From: an uncultured Treponema sp.
GTDB lineage: Bacteria; Spirochaetota; Spirochaetia; Treponematales; Treponemataceae
Reading direction: 5' to 3'
Length of the DNA: 64,000 nucleotides
Assembly: GCA_964538245.1 (NCBI GenBank)
Contig: CAZIFO010000001.1
Span: forward strand, 58,039-122,038
The notes beneath the pieces were generated by a model. That model was not told where the DNA came from. It saw only the letters and a program-made list of their open reading frames with translations, and ran no database searches. A program made the translations under genes and the position numbers. Position 1 is the first letter of the stretch, and every line of letters begins with the position of its first letter. Positions 44,733 through 53,665 of this stretch are shown piece by piece.

Positions 44733-44904
44733 TTATCGCCCCGTTTTTTTTTTATAAATCTGTCAAAAAGTTGACAATTCTGACATCTGATATTTTTAAT
44801 TTTCAGATATCATACTTTAATAAACCTTAAAAACAGCGGAAGATAACAATTTTTTAGTTAAGCCTTTTCAAAATGCATTCTTACAACATTTATTATAAAA
44901 ATCA

Positions 44905-46179
44905 TCAAAAGCTGATAATTTCTTCAAAACAGCTGATTGCAAACTCATCTGTCATTCCGGAGATGAACTCAATCACGCATTTTTTGTAGCTTTCGTTGTC
45001 GTTGATGTCAAAAATCTCAGGCACGGAATGAACCGGACTTTTTTTTATTCCTGCGGCTGATGAAAAGTTAGAGTAGTGGATGAGCCATTTTGAGAATTCC
45101 TCGCCCAGTTTCGGGTAAGTTTTCAGGTGGTTTATGACAGTTCCTTTCTGCACGTAAATCTGAACGCGCATGAGCGTGCTGAATATTGTCTCTAGGACAT
45201 TCCGCGCGTATTTCTGGAATTCCAAAAGCCGCCAGTGGTTGTAGATATTCGAGAAGCTGAATTTTTTTAGGTTCCGGATAAAATTAAAGTAGCTTTCTGA
45301 GAAAAAAAGTCCATCTTGGGGCGTAGAGTTTTCGCAGAGGTCTACAACCATGTCGTTGATTAGGACGCTTGGATTTACTGCGCGTCCGCTTCTGTGGGAG
45401 ACTGTTTTTCCGCTGCGTGTAAGTCCCAGCGTTTCTGTGACAATCTCGCGCAGCTGCCGGTAGCTTCCCATGTCAAGAAGATGGTAGGCCCGGGCGTCCT
45501 GTATGTCGCGACCGAGGAACGCAATCTTGTCGGCGATTTTTACTACACACCCTTCCCAGGTGTATGGCTGGACAAGCCCCGGCTGCTTTATGTCGTAGAG
45601 ATTGAAATTTTCTTCTGTTTTGCGCGGCTTCATTCCCTGCTGGTCAACTTCTCCGCAGTGGCAGATAAGGCCGTCGCGCACGGCGTAGGTAAGATTCAGC
45701 GGCCGCTTTATTCCGTTCGGGTCGTCTAGTGTCTCCACAAAATCGGCAAAGAAAAGCGAGTTTCTTTCGTGCCAGAATTTTTTCGGAGCATTTGCGCCTT
45801 CCTTTTTGCCCAAAAGCTCGTTCAGCATATCCTCGCCTGAATGACCGAACGGAGCGTGTCCTATGTCGTGCCCGATTGCGATTGCCTCTGTAAGCTCTTC
45901 ATTTAATCCGAGATATTTTGCGATTGTGGAGGCAACCGAGGCTACGTGCAAAACGTGCTCCATCCTTGTGCAGACGTGGTCGTTATGCGGCGAGTAGAAA
46001 ACCTGCGTCTTGTGCTTTAGGCGGGAAAAAGCCTGGCAGTGCAAAAGCCTTGTGTAGTCGCGCCCAAACTCTGAGCGGATTTCGTTTCCGCGGCCGTAGA
46101 TTGGAACTTCGCGGTGGATTGCGTTCTGCCATTTTGGATTAAGGCAGTCCATTTTTACATTTGCAAATGAGTTTTTCAT
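44905..46179 (-). CDS. dGTP triphosphohydrolase-like HD protein
   Basis: RLKHKTQVF, TRMEH, GHDIGHAPFGHSGE, ADKIA, ISGMTD. Confidence 0.9.
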   Translation of the reverse strand: MKNSFANVKMDCLNPKWQNAIHREVPIYGRGNEIRSEFGRDYTRLLHCQAFSRLKHKTQVFYSPHNDHVCTRMEHVLHVASVASTIAKYLGLNEELTEAIAIGHDIGHAPFGHSGEDMLNELLGKKEGANAPKKFWHERNSLFFADFVETLDDPNGIKRPLNLTYAVRDGLICHCGEVDQQGMKPRKTEENFNLYDIKQPGLVQPYTWEGCVVKIADKIAFLGRDIQDARAYHLLDMGSYRQLREIVTETLGLTRSGKTVSHRSGRAVNPSVLINDMVVDLCENSTPQDGLFFSESYFNFIRNLKKFSFSNIYNHWRLLEFQKYARNVLETIFSTLMRVQIYVQKGTVINHLKTYPKLGEEFSKWLIHYSNFSSAAGIKKSPVHSVPEIFDINDNESYKKCVIEFISGMTDEFAISCFEEIISF

Positions 46180-46195
46180 ATTTTTCCTGTTTTTT

Positions 46196-47616
46196 TTATT
46201 TTCCAAGCTTTTTAAAGAAACTTATTGCGAACGGAACTGCGACAAGAGCTGAAATCAAGTCGCTCGCCGCCTGCGTCATCTGGATTCCAAAAATCGGCTG
46301 CGCGCCAAAGAAAGAAACGATGTGCGGCAGAATAAACACAAGCGGAATAAAGACAATTCCCTGCCTCATCATTGAAAGGAAAACCGCGCTTTTTTTGACT
46401 CCGGCAACCTGAAGAAGCATGTTTGTTCCGAAAATAATCGAGTGGAACGGAAGAACTACCGCCTGGCACTTCATCGCAAGCGACGCTATTGATATTACGG
46501 CCTCGTCATCGCGGAAAACGCGGGCAATTTCAGGCGAGAAGATAAAGACCGCCACGCCGAGAACGGCCATTATTATTGTGGTGACTTTTACGAGAAAGCT
46601 GTAAGATGAGCGCACCCGGCCGTATTTTTTTGCGCCAAGGTTCATTCCGCAGACTGGCTGGAATCCCTGTCCCATTCCGATTGCGACAGACATAAGAAGC
46701 TGGAAGATTCTTGTTGTAATCGCCATTCCTGCAACCGCCGCGTCGGCAGTCTGCGCGCTTGTGAGAGCGGTGTGAATCCTGTCATGAGCGCGCCGTATTT
46801 TGCGGCCTGTGTGTTTAGAAAAATTGAAGCTACGGAAGAAGTTCCCTGCCGGAAGAGCGACGGAAGGCCTGTCGTGATTATGTTTGCATACGACTTTAAG
46901 TCGCGCGCGATATTTTTTGGATTGAATTCTGCCGTGCTTTTTTTTGTCAGAAAACTTGCCAGAAGAATAAAGAAACTTGCAGCCTGGCTGATTAAAGTCG
47001 CGACCGCCGCTCCTGAAATGCCCATGTCGAATACGAAGATAAAAAGCGGATCCAGAAACATGTTTAAGATTCCGCCGAAAGCCATGCCCATCATCGAGAA
47101 GAAGGCCTTGCCCTGGAAGCGCAGCTGGTTGTTCATAACAAAGGATGTAATCATAAAAGGGCAGGCAAAGATTATGTAGCGCGCGTAGTCCAGTGCGTAC
47201 GGCAGAATTGTGGGAGTCGCGCCCAGGGATTCTACAATCGGAGTTATGAAAATATTGCCGAGAAATGCGAAAACAAGGCCTGCTGTAAAAGCGAGGCAGA
47301 TTGCTGTTGTGCAGTACTTGCTCGCCATTTTCATGTCCTTTGCGCCTAAAGCGCGGCTTGTTATGCTTCCAGAGCCCATTCCGATTGTAAACCCGCACGC
47401 CTGGATCAAAGCCATTAACGAGAAGATGATTCCGACCGCGCCTGAAGCCGATGTGCCGAGCTTTGAGACAAAGAACGTGTCCGCTGTGTTGTAGATTGCT
47501 GTAACCATCATTGTGATGATTGTCGGAATTGCGTTCTTGATGATGAGCGGCCCTACAGGGGCTGTTGTCATGTCGGAGATTGTGTCAGTTTTTTTTGATT
47601 GTGTTGTAGAAGCCAT
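46196..47616 (-). pseudogene. MATE efflux transporter with a single frameshift near 46772
   Basis: N-half (YNTADTFFVS, NMFLDPLFI, GAAVAT) and C-half (GFQPVCGMNLGAK) lie in different frames. Confidence 0.8.
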
Positions 47617-47717
47617 TCTAACTATGATAAAAAAATGCCGCCCAGTTTTCAAGAAACCAGAAAGTGATTTTTTTCAGATAACCAGAAAAATAGAATAATT
47701 TCAAAGTTCTTTAAAAT

Positions 47718-47750
47718 AAAAAAAAGTCTAGCCTTTTTAAGCTAGACTTC
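47718..47750 (-). terminator. Intrinsic terminator of the tRNA locus, now beyond the att copy
   Basis: AAGTCTAGC...GCTAGACTT stem with an A-tract on the left. Confidence 0.7.
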
Positions 47751-47756
47751 CATTTT

Positions 47757-47800
47757 TTAGCCAACTGTCGGACTTGAACCAACCACCTGCGCGTTACGAG
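47757..47800. repeat. att site: 44-bp duplicate of the tRNA-Thr 3' half
   Basis: TTAGCCAACTGTCGGACTTGAACCAACCACCTGCGCGTTACGAG, identical to 55461-55504. Confidence 0.95.
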
Positions 47801-48060
47801 TATGACTAAACGCAAGTTGACTAAACTTATTTAGACTTATCAAAAAATATTATAGTTACATAAAATCAAAAATACAAGTATAAACCGCTTATCTAAGATT
47901 TAGAAAATCTATCAAAAATCAATCTCTATGTTACAGTTTATGTTACACTTTTTAAACTGTAACATAGAGATTCAACATCATTTAAACTGTAGAATAAAAA
48001 TCTAATACCGCTACCGTGTATATAATCAGATTCCGTTTTTCGCCGTCTGACTGTGTTTTG

Positions 48061-48474
48061 GTGGAAATCTCTAACGAAGAAATTAAGCCGCGCTTCCTCC
48101 AAGCGCAGAAAAAGTTTCTTGAAAACAGTTCATCAGCCGCCTGGTCTGAGATGTGGCAAATCGCCCTCACGCTCGCGGGAAAGATGATTCACCAGCAGCA
48201 GAAAATAAAGAAGTTTAGAATGGACTTTGAAAAGTACGAGGATTACAGAACCGAAGCCGCCCTTTACGTCCTGCGGCGTTACCGGACTTATCCGGAGCGT
48301 CATAAGAAGAATCCTAAGAAGTTCCCGCAGAAAAGCTACTTTATCCAGAACATCGTCAAGCAGATGTTCGGCGGTGTTCTGCACGCGCTCTACTACAGAA
48401 ATGAGAATCAGAAATTCGATGAAAAAATCTTGCTTCTGGAAGATTTGCGGAACGCCAGCGCAGAAAAAAAATGA
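48061..48474 (+). CDS. Hypothetical protein of the element (weak sigma region-2-like pattern); start uncertain
   Basis: Only sizeable plus-strand ORF in the element; helical and basic. Confidence 0.55.
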   Translation: MEISNEEIKPRFLQAQKKFLENSSSAAWSEMWQIALTLAGKMIHQQQKIKKFRMDFEKYEDYRTEAALYVLRRYRTYPERHKKNPKKFPQKSYFIQNIVKQMFGGVLHALYYRNENQKFDEKILLLEDLRNASAEKK

Positions 48475-48766
48475 TGGTTATTTCGCCTTTTCAGATGTAT
48501 ATCGTAGAGGGCGGAATCTTCGCCCGTTACAGGTCGTAGCCAGTTCTTTGGATTTTTCCGTTGTCTTAAATAGTCGGTTTTGTGCAATATTTTGACATTC
48601 TCGCGTGGTGACTTGGGCAGGTGGTGACGCGCCTTTGTCCGAAGATTTTTTATCCGCCCCCCCCAAGCCTTTAAAAGCGAAAGAAAAGCCGGAATGTTTT
48701 AGTTTTCCGCTCCGTGTATAAAAAAATCCGCCGCGTCCGTGTGTGCGGCGGAAGTCATCAAACAAA

Positions 48767-50065
48767 TCAGCTAGGATTCTCGAATTTAAGCAAGTCTCCG
48801 TTGTAGACAAGCCTTGTCTGGAAGCGCGGAATGTTCCGACCTTTAGCGACTTTGATGTATCGCTCGGCAATCTTTCCGGTTTCATCTTTCGTGTAGTAGA
48901 TGATGAAAATTAGGTCAGCAGATTTTGTGAAAGCCAGTCCGCCGCTAAGATTGTTTAGCTCCGGCGTTCCTTTTTCCGCCTTGTATCCGTCTGAATTCAA
49001 TTGGCTCAATGCGACAATCGGAACTTTTAAAGCCTTTGACAATGCCTTTAGATTGTCAGCAAGCTCAGAAAGAATCTCGTAGCTCTGCCTGTTGCCTTTT
49101 CTGTCAACCCGGATAAGCTGCGCATAGTCGATGAAGATGATGTCAACTTTGTGGATTTCTACAAGCTGCCGCGCCGTTGTCACAAGTTTGTCAAAGTCCA
49201 TAAGAGGCGCGTCTACAAGAAAGAAGTTGCCGTCAAAATATAATTTTTTCAGATTCTCGATTTTGTCTTTCTCAATCAATCCGCCTCTGATGTCTTTAAG
49301 CGGAACTTTTGCCGCAATGCTCGCAAGCCTTTCAAGAACCTGCTCTCGCGACATTTCCAGAGAGAAAAGCGCGGCTTTATATCCGCTTGACAGAATGTTG
49401 TAAACCATCGTGTCAGCCATTGCGGACTTTCCGCCGCCCGCGACTGCCGCCATAACTATAAGCTCGCCCGCTCTGAATCCGCGTGTGGCTTCATCGATTT
49501 TTGTGATTCCGCACGGAACGCCGATAAAGTCATATCTATGCTCACTGTTGAAAACCAAGTCATCTTCAAGACACTTCCATAGCGTTTCGCCGGAAAGAAT
49601 GTCAGTTTCAAGTTCCTCAGATTTGACGATTTCCAGCTTTTCTTCGTGTTCCCTTAGAACCCGGTCGAGCTCGTTCGGGTGTTCACTTATCGCCGTTTCA
49701 AATTCAACTCCAGCCTGCTTCAAGAATCTCCGCTTCCAGTTTTCCGCAAAATTTTTTGCGTAGAAGTCAAGATTTGCCGTTGTGGAAGTCTTATTGTTAA
49801 GTTCTAAGATATAAGCCTCGCCGCCCGCTTCCTCCAGCTTTCCGCCTCCAGCGTTTCTTAGATACGCAGTAACAGAAAGAGGGTCAACCTTGATTCCCTG
49901 CTCGCGCATAACCTGCATAGTCGCAAAGATTAGCTGATTGCGCTTGTCGTAGAATTTCGCGCAGTCAATCTTGTAGTTTCCCCGCATAGTTCCGATAGTC
50001 GCGTTGTCAATGAAAACCATATTGAGTAGAACCTGCTCATTTTCAGTCATTGCTTTATAGTCCAT
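48767..50065 (-). CDS. DnaB-like replicative helicase
   Basis: EQ.LL..FYDKRNQLIF, GGEAYI, Walker A AVAGGGKS, FSLEMS, IFIDYAQLI, LSQLN, ADLI, AKGRN; GGAGG RBS before the ATG at 50065. Confidence 0.9.
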   Translation of the reverse strand: MDYKAMTENEQVLLNMVFIDNATIGTMRGNYKIDCAKFYDKRNQLIFATMQVMREQGIKVDPLSVTAYLRNAGGGKLEEAGGEAYILELNNKTSTTANLDFYAKNFAENWKRRFLKQAGVEFETAISEHPNELDRVLREHEEKLEIVKSEELETDILSGETLWKCLEDDLVFNSEHRYDFIGVPCGITKIDEATRGFRAGELIVMAAVAGGGKSAMADTMVYNILSSGYKAALFSLEMSREQVLERLASIAAKVPLKDIRGGLIEKDKIENLKKLYFDGNFFLVDAPLMDFDKLVTTARQLVEIHKVDIIFIDYAQLIRVDRKGNRQSYEILSELADNLKALSKALKVPIVALSQLNSDGYKAEKGTPELNNLSGGLAFTKSADLIFIIYYTKDETGKIAERYIKVAKGRNIPRFQTRLVYNGDLLKFENPS

Positions 50066-50225
50066 TCTTATATCCTCCGTCGGTGTGTATGAAGCAATTT
50101 TTTTCGCTAGAAAAAAATTAAGGCGTTCACGCCTAAATTCATTTCTATTCATTTCATTTCTTTTCTTTTAGGAAATGCAAAAAAATTCTGCATATGCAAT
50201 TTTTTTTTGCTTAAAAAAGATTGTG

Positions 50226-50537
50226 TCAAACGGTCGGACAGTCTCCATCGCTGTCACTTTTAGAATTTTGTTTGTTTTTCCATCTCTCCGCCGCTGCTTG
50301 TGCTTTTTTCTCGTATTTACAATACTGTTGGTCAATAGACGCCTTTGCCGAAATCCAGACTGAATTTTCAAGTTCAGAAAAATTTTCAACAGTTTCTTTC
50401 GGTGGCTCTTTCCGATACAATCCGTAATCATCTATCATTTCACGGAATTTTTTGTAATTTTCAGAATGTATAAGTTTAAGCTGGTTTATTACATTCTCGT
50501 ATTCCGCAAAATAATTCATTCCTGTCGCCCCCATCAT
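50226..50537 (-). CDS. Phage replication-initiator N-terminal-like (DUF6291-like) protein
   Basis: Pattern I.DYGL...P..W..AKASID....YEKK...A..RW resembles DUF6291; directly upstream of the helicase. Confidence 0.5.
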   Translation of the reverse strand: MMGATGMNYFAEYENVINQLKLIHSENYKKFREMIDDYGLYRKEPPKETVENFSELENSVWISAKASIDQQYCKYEKKAQAAAERWKNKQNSKSDSDGDCPTV

Positions 50538-50815
50538 TTTTGTTCCGCCTCCAGCTCGATTTTCTTTTCTCTGAGATTGAACAATGCCCAGCGCAAGAAT
50601 TTTATCTGCGTTTCGCTATCTCTCGGAAACTGCACACATTCGCAGAAAAGTTCTTCAAGAATTTCAAAAAACAAGTCTGAAATCTTCTTCCACTCGGAAT
50701 TCTCGAAATACTTGATATTTTTCTCCGCGTCTGGCTCAGCTGAGCAAATCTTGATACACATATGTCCGAATTCATCGTACATAACCCGTCTCAAATCTTT
50801 ATTGGGATTGTTCAT
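50534..50815 (-). CDS. Hypothetical protein
   Basis: RBS GGAGAAAAGG; ATGA coupling to the next gene. Confidence 0.6.
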   Translation of the reverse strand: MNNPNKDLRRVMYDEFGHMCIKICSAEPDAEKNIKYFENSEWKKISDLFFEILEELFCECVQFPRDSETQIKFLRWALFNLREKKIELEAEQK

Positions 50816-50899
50816 TTTCCTTTTCTCCGTACAGCCCCGCAAATTCGGGGCGTTTCTGTGATTCTTGACAAAAAGAGAAAATGCGCTGAGAATTTAATT

Positions 50900-50969
50900 A
50901 GCAATGTTTGTTCTTCAACACATTTCTTGACGGCTCTCACATCGCAACTGTGGAAGCCGTCTTTTTTTT
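50900..50969 (+). ncRNA. Putative antisense (countertranscript) RNA of about 70 nt
   Basis: TTGACA-17-GAGAAT promoter at 50865-50893, two hairpins and a T8 terminator, opposite the replication operon. Confidence 0.55.
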
Positions 50970-50970
50970 G

Positions 50971-51159
50971 TCAGCCAGGAAATGTTGTCTGTGCCTGGTC
51001 AGTCCGTGAAGTCATAGTTTTCACCAGCTTTCCATTGTGGATTTTGCAGACAACAGCGACTTCACCGAACTGCATATCGGTAGAGTAACGCCCGAACAGA
51101 GTTCCAAGCCGCTCACATTCCTCCGGCTTGATTGCCGGTGTTCCCGAATAACGATTCAT
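50971..51159 (-). CDS. Small hypothetical protein
   Basis: ATGA-coupled to the xis-like gene; FGEV...IHNGK pattern. Confidence 0.6.
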   Translation of the reverse strand: MNRYSGTPAIKPEECERLGTLFGRYSTDMQFGEVAVVCKIHNGKLVKTMTSRTDQAQTTFPG

Positions 51160-51419
51160 TTTTCTTCCTCCCTGGTGTTTTCCATTGCCTTTTCTCTCTG
51201 TGATTCAAGCCAGCTGTCCAAGTCTTTCTTTGCGTAAACGAACCGCCGCGCCGAAATCTGGATTCTCGGAATTCTCAGCCGGTCGATGTTCGTAAGCCCG
51301 CATTTGAGATATGCCGCAGCTTCCAGCCTTGTCAGAACCGGTGAATCTACAGCCCGCGTGAGCTTTTCCACAAGCGGTGTTTTTGCCGCCCTATGTGACT
51401 GCGCTTCTAGGTTTTCCAT
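51156..51419 (-). CDS. Excisionase/AlpA-like HTH protein
   Basis: LTRLEAAAYLK..IPRIQI..RRFVY.KKDLDSWL (HTH_17-like); GGAGG RBS. Confidence 0.8.
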   Translation of the reverse strand: MENLEAQSHRAAKTPLVEKLTRAVDSPVLTRLEAAAYLKCGLTNIDRLRIPRIQISARRFVYAKKDLDSWLESQREKAMENTREEEK

Positions 51420-51565
51420 AGTGGAACGCCTCCGATGTTTATGATTGCTTCTTCAAAAGAAAAAGCCTTATCACGATGTAGATGTGTTTCTCTACACGTG
51501 ATAAGGCTAGTTTAATTTGTGAATAGAAAATTGAAATCTGCAAAAATTGTGCAATTTATGTGCAA

Positions 51566-51955
51566 TTATTGCGTATTTGCCGCAGTGATTGCCTGTCTAA
51601 TAGAACTAGAACTATATTCTTTATTTGTCTTAGGATTTTTGAACTGTTTTAAATGATTTGTTTTTAAATTTATGCCAGAATCTCTTATGAAAATTGCAAC
51701 ATCTGCTAATGAGGTCAGAACTGTCATCTCAGAATTAATTCTGCCAGTGTCTATTAATTTTTGTATATATGGCGGTTTTTCGCTCGGAGCGTGTGCAAAC
51801 AATGGCGCGGCTTGCTCGGTCGGTGCGGCGCGTTCTGGTTGCTGAATCGATAATTCAGCAGAATGAAGTAAATTAACCTGTTCTTTTGTGTCGTTTGAGT
51901 AAAGACGAACTATAGTAACAACTGCCTGTCGGGCCTCTTTAAAATTTGGCTTCAT
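51566..51955 (-). CDS. Hypothetical protein
   Basis: 129-aa ORF coupled by ATGA to the upstream ORF. Confidence 0.6.
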   Translation of the reverse strand: MKPNFKEARQAVVTIVRLYSNDTKEQVNLLHSAELSIQQPERAAPTEQAAPLFAHAPSEKPPYIQKLIDTGRINSEMTVLTSLADVAIFIRDSGINLKTNHLKQFKNPKTNKEYSSSSIRQAITAANTQ

Positions 51956-52683
51956 TTTACAAGCCCCTCATAGACAAGGTAATTAGTTATCTCTTTTAGT
52001 TCGTGTGTTAATTTTTCTACTACATCATCAAGGATAAATTTTAGAGTTTGATACTCAGAATCTGAAAAGGATTTTTTATATTCTGTGTCCTGTGCACTAA
52101 AAAGGGTTACAGCCTTATTTACAGAATTTTCAAGTTTATCCAGAACAGCTTGCAATGTTATCTTTTCATCTTTTATTTCTGTCTTTGTCTGTCTCAGCAG
52201 TTTCTCTAGTTCCGTGTAAATGTCATTGCAGCTGATTTTACTGAAAGACTGAGAGAGTGAGAAATAAAATTCCTCTCTTTCAGTACCAAAGTCTGTATCT
52301 TCTTTATCATATGTATATCTTGTAAAATTAAAGCAATCGGTTTCTTTTATGAACCTGCTTAAATTTGATTTATCCTTAGATTTTTTCCCATTAAGCGACT
52401 TGTCGGTAGCTTCATTAAATTTTGCAAGGTCGGCGCGCTGTTCTTTTGTCAGATTTGATTCATCAAGATTTGGGGCTTTGTCAAAAAAATATTCCGCAAG
52501 GCAGTCTATAAATCTGTAAAAGTCTGTTACAGATAAATTTTGGCAATATTCTATGACATTGACTTTTTCTTGCAGTAGAAATATTTTGTTCCTGCTGTAG
52601 TAAAGAGATTTGTATAAAGAATCAATTTTCTGTTTGTTTTTTGTGAGAGTGTCGTAATAGTCAGTATAACCCAAGTATTCCAA
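51952..52683 (-). CDS. Hypothetical protein, AT-rich cargo
   Basis: 243-aa ORF; no motif recognised. Confidence 0.6.
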   Translation of the reverse strand: MEYLGYTDYYDTLTKNKQKIDSLYKSLYYSRNKIFLLQEKVNVIEYCQNLSVTDFYRFIDCLAEYFFDKAPNLDESNLTKEQRADLAKFNEATDKSLNGKKSKDKSNLSRFIKETDCFNFTRYTYDKEDTDFGTEREEFYFSLSQSFSKISCNDIYTELEKLLRQTKTEIKDEKITLQAVLDKLENSVNKAVTLFSAQDTEYKKSFSDSEYQTLKFILDDVVEKLTHELKEITNYLVYEGLVK

Positions 52684-52777
52684 ACCTCTTTTTCTTCAAG
52701 TCGGTTTTGTCCGGGCGGTCAGCGTGTTGCCTGCTTCCGTGTCAAAATTTAGGCAGGCGTTTTTTATCTGCGCTTAG

Positions 52778-53137
52778 TCAGTCCAGCCTGTTCTTCAATT
52801 TCTTGTCGAAAGTCTCAATCCTTGCCTTGTCTATCTGGTTGTATGCCAAAAGTATGCAGTCCACAAAATCCAGCTTTGTCTGCCCATAGTTTTGCAGTGC
52901 CATAATGATAACAGCCTTGTCATCAGTTTCGACATAAGCCAGGAAAGATGTTATGCTCGCGCTTATGTCTTTCCGCTCCGTGTTGTAGACGCTCGAAAGA
53001 ACATAGACAATTTCGCAGATGACTTCGTGCAAGATATGGACTTCATTCGTAGCAAAAAGATTTTCCGCATAGTCTGCCATTTCTTCGTTGTCATTCAGAA
53101 TGAATCTAAGACAAATATTCGTGTCAGCGTAAATCAT
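52778..53137 (-). CDS. PIN-domain (VapC-like) toxin
   Basis: ADTNICLR, CEIVYVL, DFVDCIL, TFDKKL. Confidence 0.88.
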   Translation of the reverse strand: MIYADTNICLRFILNDNEEMADYAENLFATNEVHILHEVICEIVYVLSSVYNTERKDISASITSFLAYVETDDKAVIIMALQNYGQTKLDFVDCILLAYNQIDKARIETFDKKLKNRLD

Positions 53138-53357
53138 ATTTTTCCTTAACCGCCTTTTCCCAGGCTCCATTTTCCTTTTCTACCAAGTCCGGGTTGGCAT
53201 ATTTCGCAAGGCTTCCTCTGACGGATTTCAGCCCGGCTTTTTTTGTGCCCGCGTCGTTGTCAAGAACCGTTATTATAAGCTTCTGGTTTTTCTCGAATTT
53301 GTAATCATCAACAGTCTGAATAGAACTGCCGTTGTAGTATGCCTGCAATGTTGTCAT
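53124..53357 (-). CDS. Putative antitoxin of the PIN toxin
   Basis: 77 aa, overlaps the toxin start; TLQAYYNG N-terminus and RGSLAKYA..E.GAW C-terminus. Confidence 0.7.
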   Translation of the reverse strand: MTTLQAYYNGSSIQTVDDYKFEKNQKLIITVLDNDAGTKKAGLKSVRGSLAKYANPDLVEKENGAWEKAVKEKYDLR

Positions 53358-53374
53358 AAATGCCTCCGTATTTT

Positions 53375-53665
53375 CTACTTTCCGATTGGAACTACCGCAA
53401 GCGTCTTTCCCAGCGGCGCAAGGATTTTCAAGATTGTGTCCAGGCGCGGGTTTGTTCTGCCGCTCTCCATTCTAGCGATAACCGGCTGCTTAACGCCGCT
53501 CAGCTCTTCCAGACGCTTTTGACTTAACTGTTTCTGCTCGCGCGCTTCTATCAGCTCTCCGACAATCACCGTCTTTAGCTCGCTTTCCCGCAGTTCCTCC
53601 GGCGTGAAGATTTCCTTTCTGGAATCCTGCCATTCCGTGCCCAATGCAGTGCTAGTGTCTTTCAT
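53375..53665 (-). CDS. XRE/HigA-like HTH protein
   Basis: LIEARE..LSQKRLEELSGVKQPVIARMESG.TNP.LDT. Confidence 0.85.
   Translation of the reverse strand: MKDTSTALGTEWQDSRKEIFTPEELRESELKTVIVGELIEAREQKQLSQKRLEELSGVKQPVIARMESGRTNPRLDTILKILAPLGKTLAVVPIGK

Noticed and set aside
44905..46179. dGTPase as an anti-phage defence gene
   Set aside because: It lies outside the att-bounded element in a housekeeping context and resembles the ordinary short dGTPase-like family.
47757..47800. Second tRNA gene
   Set aside because: Only the 3' half is present; it is the att duplication.
48478..48885. 135-aa minus-strand ORF overlapping the helicase end
   Set aside because: Out-of-frame overlap, atypical composition, and it crosses the cos-like non-coding region.
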